Of a DNA stretch of 54,257 nucleotides, positions 43,930 through 54,256 are shown in pieces. Under the pieces are notes generated by a model, which was given only the letters and a program-made list of their open reading frames with translations, ran no database searches and had not been told where the DNA came from. Every line of letters begins with the position of its first letter. Within the stretch, counting starts at the first letter, position 1. The position numbers and the translations under genes are program-made. The stretch is from positions 1-54,257 of the IMG/VR virus record IMGVR_UViG_3300031938_000005; one strand, given 5' to 3'. The stretch comes from a virus (lineage: Duplodnaviria; Caudoviricetes).

Positions 43930-45166
43930 TTTGGCTATCTCCTTCCTGTGTTGGTGTTTCTGGTTGTGCCGCGTCCGACGGACTTGGCATGTTGCTGTTT
44001 TGCAGCTTGTCGGCCTTTGGATCGGTCGACGGCTTGTACCCGATTGCTTGTCTGATCTCGTTGGAGGTCATGATCTCGTTACGGGCGAACTTGTCGGCGA
44101 TCTCCGCGATGTTGGCGATCGGCACGAGCTTGAATGGGTCACGGAAGTACTCGACGGACTGGCCCTGAGTACGAGCAGTCTTGGTCAAGAACGTGCGAAC
44201 CATTGCCTGCTTAGTTGCGTCAAGCAGAGGCTCGATTGTCCGAGTGAGGTAGTTCAGCATGGTCTTCTCGTCAGCCGTACCGTTCATGATCTCAGGAGTG
44301 AGACCCAGCTGGCCATAGAGCATCTGAACAAGGTACTCGATCTGACCCATGAGATTGTTCTCGGCGGGTCGGTTAAGCTGAGTGATCTTCTCAGTTCCAT
44401 CGGTGTAGGCGATGCCATACTTGTTCTGCCGAAGCTGAACTTCGATGTCCTGAGCTCTCTGCTCAGCTTGCTTCCGACGTGCATCAGACTTGATGACGTA
44501 TGGAAGCTGAATAATCAGATCAAGCTTGCCTGAACTGGACGCCTCATCGACTGAGTCGAGGAGGTTGAGCTTCCGAATAAGGCGTTGCAGTGTCGAACTC
44601 GGCTCATTCATCACTGAATAGAACGGATTTTCGATCACGGCCACGTACTTCTTCTCGAGCCAGAGCTCTTGCCGCTTTCCTGTCTGGTCGTTATACACGC
44701 TCACACGAACGTGACGAGGCTTCCATCGAGTGATGGTGCCGACACGCATCGTCTGAATGTCATATCCGCCAGTCACATTCGGATTGAGTGTGGTATCAAC
44801 CGGAACGAGAGCTACGACGCCCGTGTCGAACAACGAAAGAGCGAGGTCTTGGAAGAAAGCTCGAGACGCTTGGTCGATGTTTGCTTCGATCTTCAGACAG
44901 TTGTTCAGGCCGCTGCGAATCTCGTTCAGATAACGATCATCATCGTCAAGCATGACGTGACGAAAGATCACCGACGAATAATCGATGGCCAAACGCGTGT
45001 AGATCGCAGTTACGATTGACCGCTCGTTTGATACCTTGACACGCATCTTGTCTGGGCGAAGACCCGCATAGCTCACTGGCGCCATAAATGACGAAGAACG
45101 ATCCGTGTCGTCTGGCGTATCAGTGAATGCGTTCCAAGCGTGTTTGAGCTGGTTTCCGAGGCCCAT
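43919..45166 (-). CDS. portal protein
   Basis: 415 aa between terminase and capsid; ANIDQ, KLDLIIQLPY, NEIMTSNEIR. Confidence 0.85.
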   Translation of the reverse strand: MGLGNQLKHAWNAFTDTPDDTDRSSSFMAPVSYAGLRPDKMRVKVSNERSIVTAIYTRLAIDYSSVIFRHVMLDDDDRYLNEIRSGLNNCLKIEANIDQASRAFFQDLALSLFDTGVVALVPVDTTLNPNVTGGYDIQTMRVGTITRWKPRHVRVSVYNDQTGKRQELWLEKKYVAVIENPFYSVMNEPSSTLQRLIRKLNLLDSVDEASSSGKLDLIIQLPYVIKSDARRKQAEQRAQDIEVQLRQNKYGIAYTDGTEKITQLNRPAENNLMGQIEYLVQMLYGQLGLTPEIMNGTADEKTMLNYLTRTIEPLLDATKQAMVRTFLTKTARTQGQSVEYFRDPFKLVPIANIAEIADKFARNEIMTSNEIRQAIGYKPSTDPKADKLQNSNMPSPSDAAQPETPTQEGDSQNGA

Positions 45167-45202
45167 AAGTCACCTCCTTTCTTGATCAGATATGGAGGTG
45201 GA

Positions 45203-45625
45203 TCACTTGTACTTGTTGTTCTTCTGCTTGTACTCGACGCGGTTCGCGTATGCGTTCTGCACACCGACGGTAGCGACGGCAGCGAGCGGCGACATGGTGA
45301 GCGAAGTCAGGATGATCGTGGCTCGCTTCTCGCCTCGGGTCATCGTCGCTGCAGTGACGCGATCCGGGTTTCGGAGGTAGTCGAGTCGCTGCTTGTGCGC
45401 AGCCTCCTTTACCGCCTTCCGGTTCTTCCCGACGGTGAGAGCGGCCTTGGTCGAAGCGACATTCGATCGAAGCTGCTGAGCATTCACCTGATCGCGAAGA
45501 GCGGAACGCTCTCCATACGTCTTTCCGCCCTGACGACCGCTCGGGGCGCTCTTTCGATGACCCCATCGCATTCCCTTCACACCGAAGTGCGCGAGGAACT
45601 CTTCTGTTTCCATGACCTGGTTCAC
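45203..45625 (-). CDS. HYGVKGMxWG-motif protein (putative internal virion protein)
   Basis: EEFLAHFGVKGMRWGHRK. Confidence 0.75.
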   Translation of the reverse strand: MNQVMETEEFLAHFGVKGMRWGHRKSAPSGRQGGKTYGERSALRDQVNAQQLRSNVASTKAALTVGKNRKAVKEAAHKQRLDYLRNPDRVTAATMTRGEKRATIILTSLTMSPLAAVATVGVQNAYANRVEYKQKNNKYK

Positions 45626-46182
45626 TTGAATCCTGCCTTCCTAAGCATGTCTTCTGCTGTTCGCATGTTGCTTCGAGCTGAAGGGCTCGAAAGGTTGGAA
45701 ACCGTTCCCTTGAGCGCATTGAGTACTGCGCGGTCGATCCCGGTCTTGTGGGCGTACATCACGCCACCAACAGCGAGAGCCGCGGTCGCGTTGGCATACT
45801 GGTTGTTGCCGTTGAGGATGTGTCCGACACCACGAGCAGTCTTCCGAGTGCTGTTGGCCGTATTCTTCCTTCGGCGTTCACCACGAGCCTGAGAAGCTCG
45901 CTTACTCATGTCCGTGTTGTTGACATGATGATCGAACGCCTTCTTGTATGAGGCGTCCTTGGCCGACTTTGCCTCGACGGTTGCTTTGATAAGCTTTCGT
46001 CGTGTACCGGCCCCCTCGCCATAAAACATCTTGGCGCGGGTGAACTCGTTCGCGTCCTTCTTCGCTTCACGACTGGTTCGAGCCGAAACTCCGTCCGGTC
46101 GGTCAGCTTTTCGATGCCCCCAGCGCATACCCTTGACCCCGTAGTGGGCAAGGAATGTGTCGGTGGCCATGACCTGCGTCAT
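45622..46182 (-). CDS. HYGVKGMxWG-motif protein
   Basis: DTFLAHYGVKGMRWGHRK. Confidence 0.75.
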   Translation of the reverse strand: MTQVMATDTFLAHYGVKGMRWGHRKADRPDGVSARTSREAKKDANEFTRAKMFYGEGAGTRRKLIKATVEAKSAKDASYKKAFDHHVNNTDMSKRASQARGERRRKNTANSTRKTARGVGHILNGNNQYANATAALAVGGVMYAHKTGIDRAVLNALKGTVSNLSSPSARSNMRTAEDMLRKAGFK

Positions 46183-47936
46183 TCGAATGCCTCCTTGTTG
46201 GCCTTGTATGCGACGTAGGCATCCATCAAGGCTGCCACGTTATCGATCTTTTCCTCATTGCGACGCTTGGAGAGTTTCCGGTTGCCGTTGGTGTCCTGAA
46301 GCGTGACGGCGTTACCCATCGTGTAGGACATCAGTTCCTCGTGGAAGATGAGCATTCGTTCTTCGCTGAGCTTCTTCAGCTCACCAAGTGGAACCGACTC
46401 GGTCTTAGCACCCTGAATGACCTTGACGACACCGAATGGTCCATTCTCGTTCTCCCAACGCTCGACAAATTCTTTGGCGTTGTACGGGTCGAAACCCATA
46501 GCTCGAACGTCGTACTCGTTCGCTTCGATATGAGCATCGAGGTCGTCGTAGACCTCCATCATGTCGAGAACGGTTCCTTCGAGAACGTTGAGCGTTCCCT
46601 CCTTGATGAATTCCTCGTATTTGTAACGAAGAGCACCAGGAAGCTTCGCTAAGGTGAGTGAAGTTATGTAACTTCGAGTTCTGATTCCGAAATCGCCACG
46701 AGGAAGTGGGAAGAGGAATGTGAAAGCGCAGAAGTCATCGCCTTGCGATAGGTCCGCGCCCATGGCGCACGGCATCCCGTGGAATGCTCTACGCCGAATC
46801 GGCTGATGAATGAGAGTCTCTTCATAGCTGAAGAAGTAGGTGTGCCCCTCCATGGGGATACCAAAACGCTTGGCGAGAATGTCATTCCTTGTAGCCGGCG
46901 CCTTTTCAGCTCGATCCACATCCATGTGATAGGTCTCATAGGTAACCGTCTTCCCGAGATTCGGCTGAGCCTTCAACCACATCTCTGGATAGGCAACCTC
47001 TTCAAGGTCGTCCAACTTGTAGTGCCAGATCGAGACGTGCTGAGCCTCGTACTGCCCTGTGAGGATGTCCTGGAGTTCCATTTTGATGGTGTCACCGGCA
47101 CCGGCACGGACGGTTCCTTCGGAACTGACGGCGACGATCAGATACTCCTGGCCATCCTTGGAGGCGCCCTGTTCGATGGCGCCGATGACATCCTCACGGA
47201 GATCCCCGGACAACCACTCATCCACGGTAGCCACCTTGCATCGGAGACCCTGGAGTTTGTTGATCGTCATTGGTCGAATCTCGAGAAGTGAGTTCGTGTG
47301 AAAGTTCTCGACACCCTTCTTGGTCGCCGCAAGCAACGCTCGGTTAGCGATCGAGCCTGTTGTGTTGCGGACAGAGCCGAGAGTGAGCAGTTTGAACAGT
47401 GGACCACGAGAACGGGCAAGGGCAGTCCGGATCGGTGACAGAACTTCTTCAGCCTGCTTCATGGTCGGAGCAGTCGTGATCTGATGAGTCGTCGAAGTGT
47501 CGATGTTCAGGAAGTACGCCTGAAGACATGATTCGTAGAGTGACTTCGCTGCGCCTCGAGCCACGATCAGGTATTGCTTCTTTGTTAGCCGCTGCTTGAT
47601 TGTTCGCTTGACCCACTTGCCGGGCGTGAATGCGTTGCCTGGCTCGAACACAGATCGGGTTTCGAAGTAATACCAGCAGAAGATCTGTTCGGCCCAAAGC
47701 TTGAACGTGTCAAGCAAGTGCAGATCACTACCATCCGTGAGCGTGAGTTCATTCTCACAGAAGAGGATGAACCCCTCAAGTGGATCCGGATCGTAGTAGA
47801 TAGCAGGATCGGCGATGAGCTTGTCAATGCGGTTCATCTCCAGGGACACTTCCCGATTCACAGGAACTTCTCCGCGCATTACTTTCTCGCGGAATTGTCC
47901 GTAGTAGAACGGAACCGCAGTGTTAGACAAACCCAT
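46179..47936 (-). CDS. terL: terminase large subunit
   Basis: VARGAAKS Walker A, VDEW Walker B, GADLSQGDDF and KIDNVAALMDA nuclease motifs. Confidence 0.9.
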   Translation of the reverse strand: MGLSNTAVPFYYGQFREKVMRGEVPVNREVSLEMNRIDKLIADPAIYYDPDPLEGFILFCENELTLTDGSDLHLLDTFKLWAEQIFCWYYFETRSVFEPGNAFTPGKWVKRTIKQRLTKKQYLIVARGAAKSLYESCLQAYFLNIDTSTTHQITTAPTMKQAEEVLSPIRTALARSRGPLFKLLTLGSVRNTTGSIANRALLAATKKGVENFHTNSLLEIRPMTINKLQGLRCKVATVDEWLSGDLREDVIGAIEQGASKDGQEYLIVAVSSEGTVRAGAGDTIKMELQDILTGQYEAQHVSIWHYKLDDLEEVAYPEMWLKAQPNLGKTVTYETYHMDVDRAEKAPATRNDILAKRFGIPMEGHTYFFSYEETLIHQPIRRRAFHGMPCAMGADLSQGDDFCAFTFLFPLPRGDFGIRTRSYITSLTLAKLPGALRYKYEEFIKEGTLNVLEGTVLDMMEVYDDLDAHIEANEYDVRAMGFDPYNAKEFVERWENENGPFGVVKVIQGAKTESVPLGELKKLSEERMLIFHEELMSYTMGNAVTLQDTNGNRKLSKRRNEEKIDNVAALMDAYVAYKANKEAFE

Positions 47937-47960
47937 CGCCGATCCTCCTCTCGTGTGTTG

Positions 47961-48431
47961 TTACCGCTTCTTCTTCTTACCGCCTCCGCCACCGCCGGCC
48001 ATGCTCTTTGCGCCGGAAACGACAACCTTGGCGAGATCTCCGGCTGCCGGATTGTTGGTCTGTTTTGACACGAAGTCGCCGACCTGTTGCTCTCCAGCCA
48101 TGCCGAGGAGCATCTTGGCAAACTGCTTTCCCGCTCCGCCGCTGGTGCGGTTCAGGTTGTTGAACTGCTGCTCAAGGTTCATTCGAGTCACGACGTCCTG
48201 AAGCTCTCGATTGGAGAGCGAGTCGGTCGTGCTCATCTTGGCCTTTTGTCGAGCAGAGGCAACGCGAACCGCGTCTTCGGACGGCATGTGATGCTGACCG
48301 CCAGAAGTCTTGACCCGCTTACCCGCTCGGGTGTTCGCGGTTACTTCGACGGCGGCTCTCTCCTTACGGTGACCCCACCGCATTCCCTTCACACCATAGT
48401 GCGCGAGGAAAGGATCTACAGCTCTGTCCAT
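47961..48431 (-). CDS. HYGVKGMxWG-motif protein
   Basis: DPFLAHYGVKGMRWGHRK, LSN.ELQ....RMNLEQQF. Confidence 0.75.
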   Translation of the reverse strand: MDRAVDPFLAHYGVKGMRWGHRKERAAVEVTANTRAGKRVKTSGGQHHMPSEDAVRVASARQKAKMSTTDSLSNRELQDVVTRMNLEQQFNNLNRTSGGAGKQFAKMLLGMAGEQQVGDFVSKQTNNPAAGDLAKVVVSGAKSMAGGGGGGKKKKR

Positions 48432-48583
48432 TACTGACCTCCTTTCAAGAGCTCATTGGGTTGGAGAAATCAAGAATCCCCAGAAGCCCTGAATGGATGC
48501 TGGGTCGGTTGACGGCGCTGGAAGCCAGACGGCAGCGACTGCGTGATTTTCGGATCCGCCAATCCACAGGTCCAGCGGCGGCA

Positions 48584-49525
48584 TTACGATGTCCGAACTG
48601 CGATCAAGGGGGAACTCATGTATGTACTACCGTTGTTTCCGATAGTCACTCCGAAACTTCCACCTTGATACGTGCTGGATTCACTCTTGTATGGAGCAAG
48701 AATCTTGTAGGACTTCCCGCCATATGAAACCGTGTCACCCTGCGTGAAGCCGCGAACCGTGTCACTACTGTTGTTGACTACGTTCGAATACCAACCCGCA
48801 AAGAAAACATCAGTCAGACGACCGCGCATTCCTGCCACATCTTCGAATACCACGTAGGGACTCAGGTAGTCACTACCATCCAAAGCTGTGGAAGGGTTGT
48901 GCCAGTTGTAAGAGTTGATCATCGACGGGAAAGTAAGCGCACCGAGATGACCCTGAACCCATGAGGTTTGGTTTCCTGCATCACGACTGACATTCACAAC
49001 CGTCGCCGGCTGCGACGCCGAGCTGTTTACAACACCCTGGTATGACGTAGAACCTCCCAGAACGACTGCTGGGACGGGATCGATTGCACCAGAGAAATAC
49101 GGCGTCATCTCCGATAGACAAACGCATTGGCGAATCGACCCATAGTTGCCGCTGTCGGCGTTCGCTTCGTACTGACGAGGCCCTTCGATGTCGATGTAGA
49201 GAAGAGTACTTCCTGCAGCGACTCGAACGTGAAGGATGTTCGAAGTACTACCTGTAGCGTTTCTCTTGTACATGATGAGGCGCCCAGAGAGAGGGTCGAC
49301 ACCCGTTCCGGCTCCGCCCGTCCAGTTTCGATAGACCGTAGGCTGAAAAGTCGTCGTTGATGGTGCAACAGTGTTGAGATCCATTGCGATTACCGCGCCG
49401 AGAGGTGTAGTAGCCTTGACGATGTTCGCTGTTGGGTTGCTGTAGTCCGAACTGGTAAGGATCTTCGCCTTCAGATCTGCAACCAGGTTGGCTGGGGTGG
49501 TATCGAACTCTGAGTAGATGAACAC
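48584..49525 (-). CDS. putative virion/fibre-associated protein
   Basis: 313 aa, S/T/G/N-rich, in the collagen fibre operon. Confidence 0.65.
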   Translation of the reverse strand: MFIYSEFDTTPANLVADLKAKILTSSDYSNPTANIVKATTPLGAVIAMDLNTVAPSTTTFQPTVYRNWTGGAGTGVDPLSGRLIMYKRNATGSTSNILHVRVAAGSTLLYIDIEGPRQYEANADSGNYGSIRQCVCLSEMTPYFSGAIDPVPAVVLGGSTSYQGVVNSSASQPATVVNVSRDAGNQTSWVQGHLGALTFPSMINSYNWHNPSTALDGSDYLSPYVVFEDVAGMRGRLTDVFFAGWYSNVVNNSSDTVRGFTQGDTVSYGGKSYKILAPYKSESSTYQGGSFGVTIGNNGSTYMSSPLIAVRTS

Positions 49526-49529
49526 TTTC

Positions 49530-50273
49530 TCAGCCTCCTGTTTGTAGATCCAGTGTTTTGGTAGGACGTCCCTTTATGAGAAGCCCGGTCTTTGTTGTGT
49601 TTCGACTACTTGTCAACTTGATCTGTCCGTCAGTAATGAGACCACCTGACGATGCTGGTGGAGCAGTATCCAATCCGGAATAAATTCCTGAAACCGCGAA
49701 CCAACCAGAGGCTGCTCCCGACCAGGACCCAATCGCAATCCGACATGTTCCTCGATAAGACCAGGTTGTGTGTAACCAACCTACGGAAACGCCATTGCGA
49801 AAAGCACGAATAATCAGATCACTTGCGTTCAACCAAATGAACTGAACTCGAATTCTCACATAGGTTGGGAATCCGCTTGAGTCTATCGACGTTGCCGGCA
49901 AAGGTGCTTGTTGAGGAACAGACACCTTAAGCACATTGTTGACATAAAACCCGTAGTACTTGCTATAGGAGTTAAGACTGACACCAATGAAATTGGTGAG
50001 AGTCCTAAGATTTCCCAAGGTGTTTGCTGCAACAGAGCTTGGAAGCAAACCAAGCACCAATTCATCTCCACCAACCGCAGCAACATCTGCTTCGATCGTG
50101 TGACCATAAGCAGATGTGTTGTCGATTGTGTAAGACGAAGACGCCGTCTCAATCACACTCGGGTTTGAACTATTCTGACCGTTGTTCAGAATAACCTGAC
50201 CTGGCGTGGTTGAGTTAACCGCGTTTCTGGTCCAGAACACCGTATCGACTTCTGGAAGTCTAGTTGTTGCCAT
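49530..50273 (-). CDS. putative beta-sandwich fibre-associated protein
   Basis: 247 aa, TAATG-coupled to the collagen gene. Confidence 0.6.
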   Translation of the reverse strand: MATTRLPEVDTVFWTRNAVNSTTPGQVILNNGQNSSNPSVIETASSSYTIDNTSAYGHTIEADVAAVGGDELVLGLLPSSVAANTLGNLRTLTNFIGVSLNSYSKYYGFYVNNVLKVSVPQQAPLPATSIDSSGFPTYVRIRVQFIWLNASDLIIRAFRNGVSVGWLHTTWSYRGTCRIAIGSWSGAASGWFAVSGIYSGLDTAPPASSGGLITDGQIKLTSSRNTTKTGLLIKGRPTKTLDLQTGG

Positions 50274-51787
50274 TAGCCCTCCAGCACGATTGTGACAACC
50301 AGGTCAGAACCCGGTGTCGTTGTTCCAACAGAATCGATGTCGACAGTCAGATAGTCATTAGCGGCCAATGCAGAAACATCAACCGTTGAAGCAAGAGCCG
50401 TTGTTGCACCATCAGCGATGGTTGGACGGTTTGCCTGATTGGTGAAAATCGTGGTTCCGTTCTTGTTGACATCCACCATGAGTGAATTGCCGACAGGCGC
50501 AGTTCCGACCGAAGCTCGAACCGAGACAATTTTGAGAGATCGACCTGTGTCATTCGTGAATCGAAGAGTTCCGTTCATTACCGCGAGATTTCCGGGCTTG
50601 GAGAACGGAACAGAAGAGCGAGCCACGATGACGTTCTGAGACCAGCCAGATCCTACATCACTTGGGGTAGCGGAGTTGTTATCTACCGTTGACACGTAGA
50701 GCGCGCCGTTGTAGTACACGGTGTCTCCGATCATGTAAGGAGAAGCCGCACCCAGGAATTGAAGGCCTGCCACGAAGATAGAGCCGTTCGCCATTCCATA
50801 GAGACCGCCATATTGAGCTACAGTCTCGATCTTGGTGATGTCGCCGGGAATCAGGTCGTAGGTGTACTGCGCCCAAGCAGAAGCACCGCCTGAGAACTTG
50901 ACAACGCCGGCGACAGAAACTCGCTCGTTGCCGTAACCACTGTACTGGTCGTACTTGTGGTAGAAACGAATCTTCGATGCTCCCGCTGGTGCAAGGATCG
51001 TCATGAGACCAGGCGTTCCGCCACTGTTATCGGAGTTCTGCCCCAAACGAAGAGCTAATGAATCCGCCGGGGCACCGGCTCCTCCAGGATTAGCGACGAC
51101 AGCAGCACCAGTGGTGGTTGCGTCAGACGGAACACCAGCAGAGAGATCGTAGGACTTGATCACTTGAAGTGTGGTCCAAACACCACGATAACGAGGGCCA
51201 GTAGCGCCAGTTCCGGCCGGCCCCTGAGGGCCCTGCGCGCCGGTGTCACCCTTGTCGCCCTTAAGCCCCTGAGGGCCCTGCGCGCCGGTGTCACCCTTGG
51301 GTCCTTGAGGACCTTGCGCACCTTGTGCTCCGTCTGCACCGGGGAGACCCTGAGGTCCTTGAGCTCCGACGTCACCCTTGAGGCCCTGAGGTCCTTGAAC
51401 GCCGGGGTCGCCCTGGAGGCCTTGATCACCCTTAGGACCCTGAGCGCCATCGGTTCCAGGAAGTCCGGGATCACCCTTGTCGCCCTTGTCGCCCTTGTCG
51501 CCCTTGAGTCCTTGAGGACCTTGAAGTCCCTGAGGCCCTTGAAGTCCCTGAGGCCCTTGAACTCCTTCAGGACCTCGAGCTCCAGTAAGACCCTGAGCTC
51601 CCGTATCTCCGGCGTCACCCTTCGGGCCGACGGCGCCGGAGTCGCCCTTAGGCCCCTGAGGACCGACATCGCCTCGAGGACCACGAAGGCCCTGAGCGCC
51701 TGGCTGTCCCGGTTCTCCTTGCGGACCCGGCTCGCCCTGAGGTCCACGAATGGACCCGATCTGAACTTGGCGAGGAGTCTCGCTCAT
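50273..51787 (-). CDS. collagen-like fibre protein
   Basis: Long Gly-X-Y run (GPQGEP...GPAGTG), Y.IGD.VYYNG.LY carbohydrate-binding-like motif; start MSETPRQ. Confidence 0.85.
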   Translation of the reverse strand: MSETPRQVQIGSIRGPQGEPGPQGEPGQPGAQGLRGPRGDVGPQGPKGDSGAVGPKGDAGDTGAQGLTGARGPEGVQGPQGLQGPQGLQGPQGLKGDKGDKGDKGDPGLPGTDGAQGPKGDQGLQGDPGVQGPQGLKGDVGAQGPQGLPGADGAQGAQGPQGPKGDTGAQGPQGLKGDKGDTGAQGPQGPAGTGATGPRYRGVWTTLQVIKSYDLSAGVPSDATTTGAAVVANPGGAGAPADSLALRLGQNSDNSGGTPGLMTILAPAGASKIRFYHKYDQYSGYGNERVSVAGVVKFSGGASAWAQYTYDLIPGDITKIETVAQYGGLYGMANGSIFVAGLQFLGAASPYMIGDTVYYNGALYVSTVDNNSATPSDVGSGWSQNVIVARSSVPFSKPGNLAVMNGTLRFTNDTGRSLKIVSVRASVGTAPVGNSLMVDVNKNGTTIFTNQANRPTIADGATTALASTVDVSALAANDYLTVDIDSVGTTTPGSDLVVTIVLEG

Positions 51788-52260
51788 ACCTTCCTCCAAA
51801 CGTCTCCGGTTTCGGCAACGATGCCCACGTCGCCTTCTGCGGCGTCGGCAGGGAGCTGCGGCGTGTCTAGGATCCAGACCAAAGGCTGAGGGCCTTCGAC
51901 CAGAGCCTTGTCGTTTTCGACAACGACACTGATTCGCCACTCCATCTCTCTGATCTGTTCCTTCATCGCTTCCTGCGTGAACGAAGTAGCCGGAGGGTCG
52001 AAGATAAGGCGAACGCGTAGATACACGTACGACTTCACGAGATTCAACCTGGCATCGCTACCAAGGAGGTCTCCCCAAAGGGCGGCTTTGTCTTCGATGA
52101 AGAAACCGCCAACAGGCCCTACACCCAGCTGCTCGAGAGTCGAAAACACCGAGTTGATGTGAGTCGCGATGTCCTGGTCAAACGCCGTGTAGTCAGGCGA
52201 AAGGCCCAGGATCTTCTTCGTGCTGTCGAGAATGCTTTGGTCTAGTGCCAATGGGGACAC
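51784..52260 (-). CDS. head-to-tail adaptor-like protein
   Basis: [41 protein letters not shown]. Confidence 0.7.
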   Translation of the reverse strand: MSPLALDQSILDSTKKILGLSPDYTAFDQDIATHINSVFSTLEQLGVGPVGGFFIEDKAALWGDLLGSDARLNLVKSYVYLRVRLIFDPPATSFTQEAMKEQIREMEWRISVVVENDKALVEGPQPLVWILDTPQLPADAAEGDVGIVAETGDVWRKV

Positions 52261-52293
52261 CTCCTTGGTAGCTATCCATTATGAACTGATGGG

Positions 52294-53151
52294 TCAGAGA
52301 AGGCGGTTGACTTCGTTCTGAACCGTGGTGGGGTTGTAGCCGGCCTTGGCCAGATTCGAACGACGCGCGGGACCGTTACCCCACTTGCCGGCGATGACCT
52401 CGCGTGCGACCTCGGTGACGGACTTCCGGTTGGAAACCCTCGGAGCTGCCGCAGTCTTTCCGACACCTCGATTGACGAGGTTCTGAATAAGCTTCGGGTC
52501 GTAACCAGAAGCCTTCAGTCGACGAGCTCGATCGTCGCCGCTGCCCCACTTGCCTGCCCAGACCTCCGCAGCGATCTGCGTGTTGCTCTTGTGCGGAGCA
52601 CGGTTGGGCTGAGCGGGACGAGGCGGAGTCGAAGCACCCTTGAAGTACTCGTAGGCCTTGACGACCTCTGCGAGCAGCTGCTCGTAAACCGAGTCCATGT
52701 AGGGTCCCGCGCACGCCGTGCTCGACCACTTGTGGTGGTAGAAGACGTTGCTCCGAGAAGGTCGAACGCCGATGACCTTGGCGAAGAGCCAGCCAGCGAG
52801 ACGTGCTGCGGACTTCCAGGTCACCTCGGCGACGGGCCATTCTCCACCAGTGGCCGAGTTGGCCATCTCGATGGAGATGGTCTCCTTGTTGCCCTGAGTG
52901 TTGCCGACAGCCCAGGCGTACTCATTGACCTTGACGTACTGGCAGATGGCGCCAGATGCATCAGAGTCGAAGTGCGCGGAGGCAGGGCGCTTCATCCAAA
53001 CAGCAAGGACGCCCTCGTGTGAGAGCTTGCCGCCGTTGTGGTGGAACGTGACCGAGGTCTTCTTGTACGCCGTGTGGGTGACGTGCTCCGTCTTGCTGAG
53101 CGCGTCGATGTAGTTCTTGACCGGACGGTCATAGGCGACGACGGCGGTCAC
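52294..53151 (-). CDS. endolysin: N-acetylmuramoyl-L-alanine amidase with two Cpl-7 (CW_7) repeats
   Basis: FHHNG, SAHF, AWAVGN..GN..TISIE, H..WSSTACAG; A.EV.AGKWG.G..R...L..AGY repeats. Confidence 0.85.
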   Translation of the reverse strand: MTAVVAYDRPVKNYIDALSKTEHVTHTAYKKTSVTFHHNGGKLSHEGVLAVWMKRPASAHFDSDASGAICQYVKVNEYAWAVGNTQGNKETISIEMANSATGGEWPVAEVTWKSAARLAGWLFAKVIGVRPSRSNVFYHHKWSSTACAGPYMDSVYEQLLAEVVKAYEYFKGASTPPRPAQPNRAPHKSNTQIAAEVWAGKWGSGDDRARRLKASGYDPKLIQNLVNRGVGKTAAAPRVSNRKSVTEVAREVIAGKWGNGPARRSNLAKAGYNPTTVQNEVNRLL

Positions 53152-53369
53152 TCCTCCACCTCCACATCATCCGTGGCGAAGCCCTGGAAATCGGACTCAG
53201 GAAGAGACGACGGGTTGTCGTTCTCCAGACCGGAGCCGTCCTGCGTCTCGCGCGAGAGAGCCGCGTTGACCTCTTCGATCTCTTCGGCGGAAAGCGAGAC
53301 GCCGCCGTCGACGGGCTCGGACTGCTCGAGAGGCTCGACCGGAGTCGGCTCGACAGGCTGATCGCTCAT
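53148..53369 (-). CDS. small acidic protein
   Basis: AAGGAG RBS, coupled to the endolysin gene. Confidence 0.6.
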   Translation of the reverse strand: MSDQPVEPTPVEPLEQSEPVDGGVSLSAEEIEEVNAALSRETQDGSGLENDNPSSLPESDFQGFATDDVEVEE

Positions 53370-53803
53370 GCTGTTCTCCTTCGTGATGGCCACAACGTCG
53401 TGTCTCCTGGTCTACGTTCGACGAGCTGCCGGGGAAGTAGCCTCTCGTCGCCGTAGTGGATGGCGTTGTGTGTTCTCAGTGATGTGGTGATCAGGAACTC
53501 GGGATCGAGGATCTCAGCGTCACCATGGACGATGTTGTCGACGGTCATCGGGTTCATGTGGTGAATTACAATCTCGCGAGCTGAGTAGATCTCGTGACCC
53601 TCAACTCCGAGGTCGCATCCAAGATCTCGAGCGATGACGTCTCTTCGAGCGAGGCGCCATTGCCGAGAGGTATAGAACTTCTGGTTGATGTGACGATCGA
53701 AACCGAATGTCGATGCGCCGACTGCTCCTCGAAGACGAAGGTAGTTGTACCTCTCCTCGAAGTCTTGGATCTGTTGGAGCTCACTCCATGTACGGATCCT
53801 CAT
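53366..53803 (-). CDS. HNH endonuclease (packaging-associated)
   Basis: RD.GCDLG, IHHMNP, THNAIHYG; adjacent to the putative terS. Confidence 0.8.
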   Translation of the reverse strand: MRIRTWSELQQIQDFEERYNYLRLRGAVGASTFGFDRHINQKFYTSRQWRLARRDVIARDLGCDLGVEGHEIYSAREIVIHHMNPMTVDNIVHGDAEILDPEFLITTSLRTHNAIHYGDERLLPRQLVERRPGDTTLWPSRRRTA

Positions 53804-54161
53804 CACCACCTCCTCTGAGGTCTGGCATGGGTCCTTGTCCCGAGTAAGCCTTGAAGGCCTCGAGCGCTTGACCCATGAGCTCTTCGGTTCGCTTGGTTGA
53901 AGCCATCGTCTCGGCGCGGATCTGCAGAAGCTTGATCTCTTCGGTCTTGTACTTCTGCGCCAGCTTCTCCGAGGTGGAGCCAAGCTTCAGATAGTGTGTG
54001 ATGACCTGCGCGGACGCCGTGCCTTCAGTGATCTGCTTCTCAGCGAGGTCGAAAGCGAGTGCGATCAGCTGGTTCTCACGATCTTCGAGGGATCGAGCCG
54101 GTGGTCTTCGGCTTGCCTTCGAGCTGCCCTCGTTGGGGCCGTTCACGCGCCGAGTTGCCAC
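53781..54161 (-). CDS. putative terminase small subunit
   Basis: First gene of the genome; RENQLI.LA.DLAEKQ..EGTAS.QVITHYLKLGS; called from position only. Confidence 0.55.
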   Translation of the reverse strand: MATRRVNGPNEGSSKASRRPPARSLEDRENQLIALAFDLAEKQITEGTASAQVITHYLKLGSTSEKLAQKYKTEEIKLLQIRAETMASTKRTEELMGQALEAFKAYSGQGPMPDLRGGGDEDPYME

Positions 54162-54228
54162 TGGCTTTCAACTCCTTTCCGACTAGTTCTAGGGCACTTA
54201 CGCGGGGTTCAAAAGTGGATTGCTTCAT

Positions 54229-54256
54229 CCAAAAATGCCTCCGGGGCTATTTTTGG
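54229..54256. other. terminal inverted repeat, candidate packaging/cos signal
   Basis: CCAAAAAT-GCCTCCGGGGCT-ATTTTTGG at the window end; a G/C-run hairpin at positions 6-38 lies on the other side of the junction. Confidence 0.45.

Noticed and set aside
51220-51560. Tandem 9-, 18- and 45-bp DNA repeats
   Set aside because: Fully explained by Gly-X-Y collagen coding repeats
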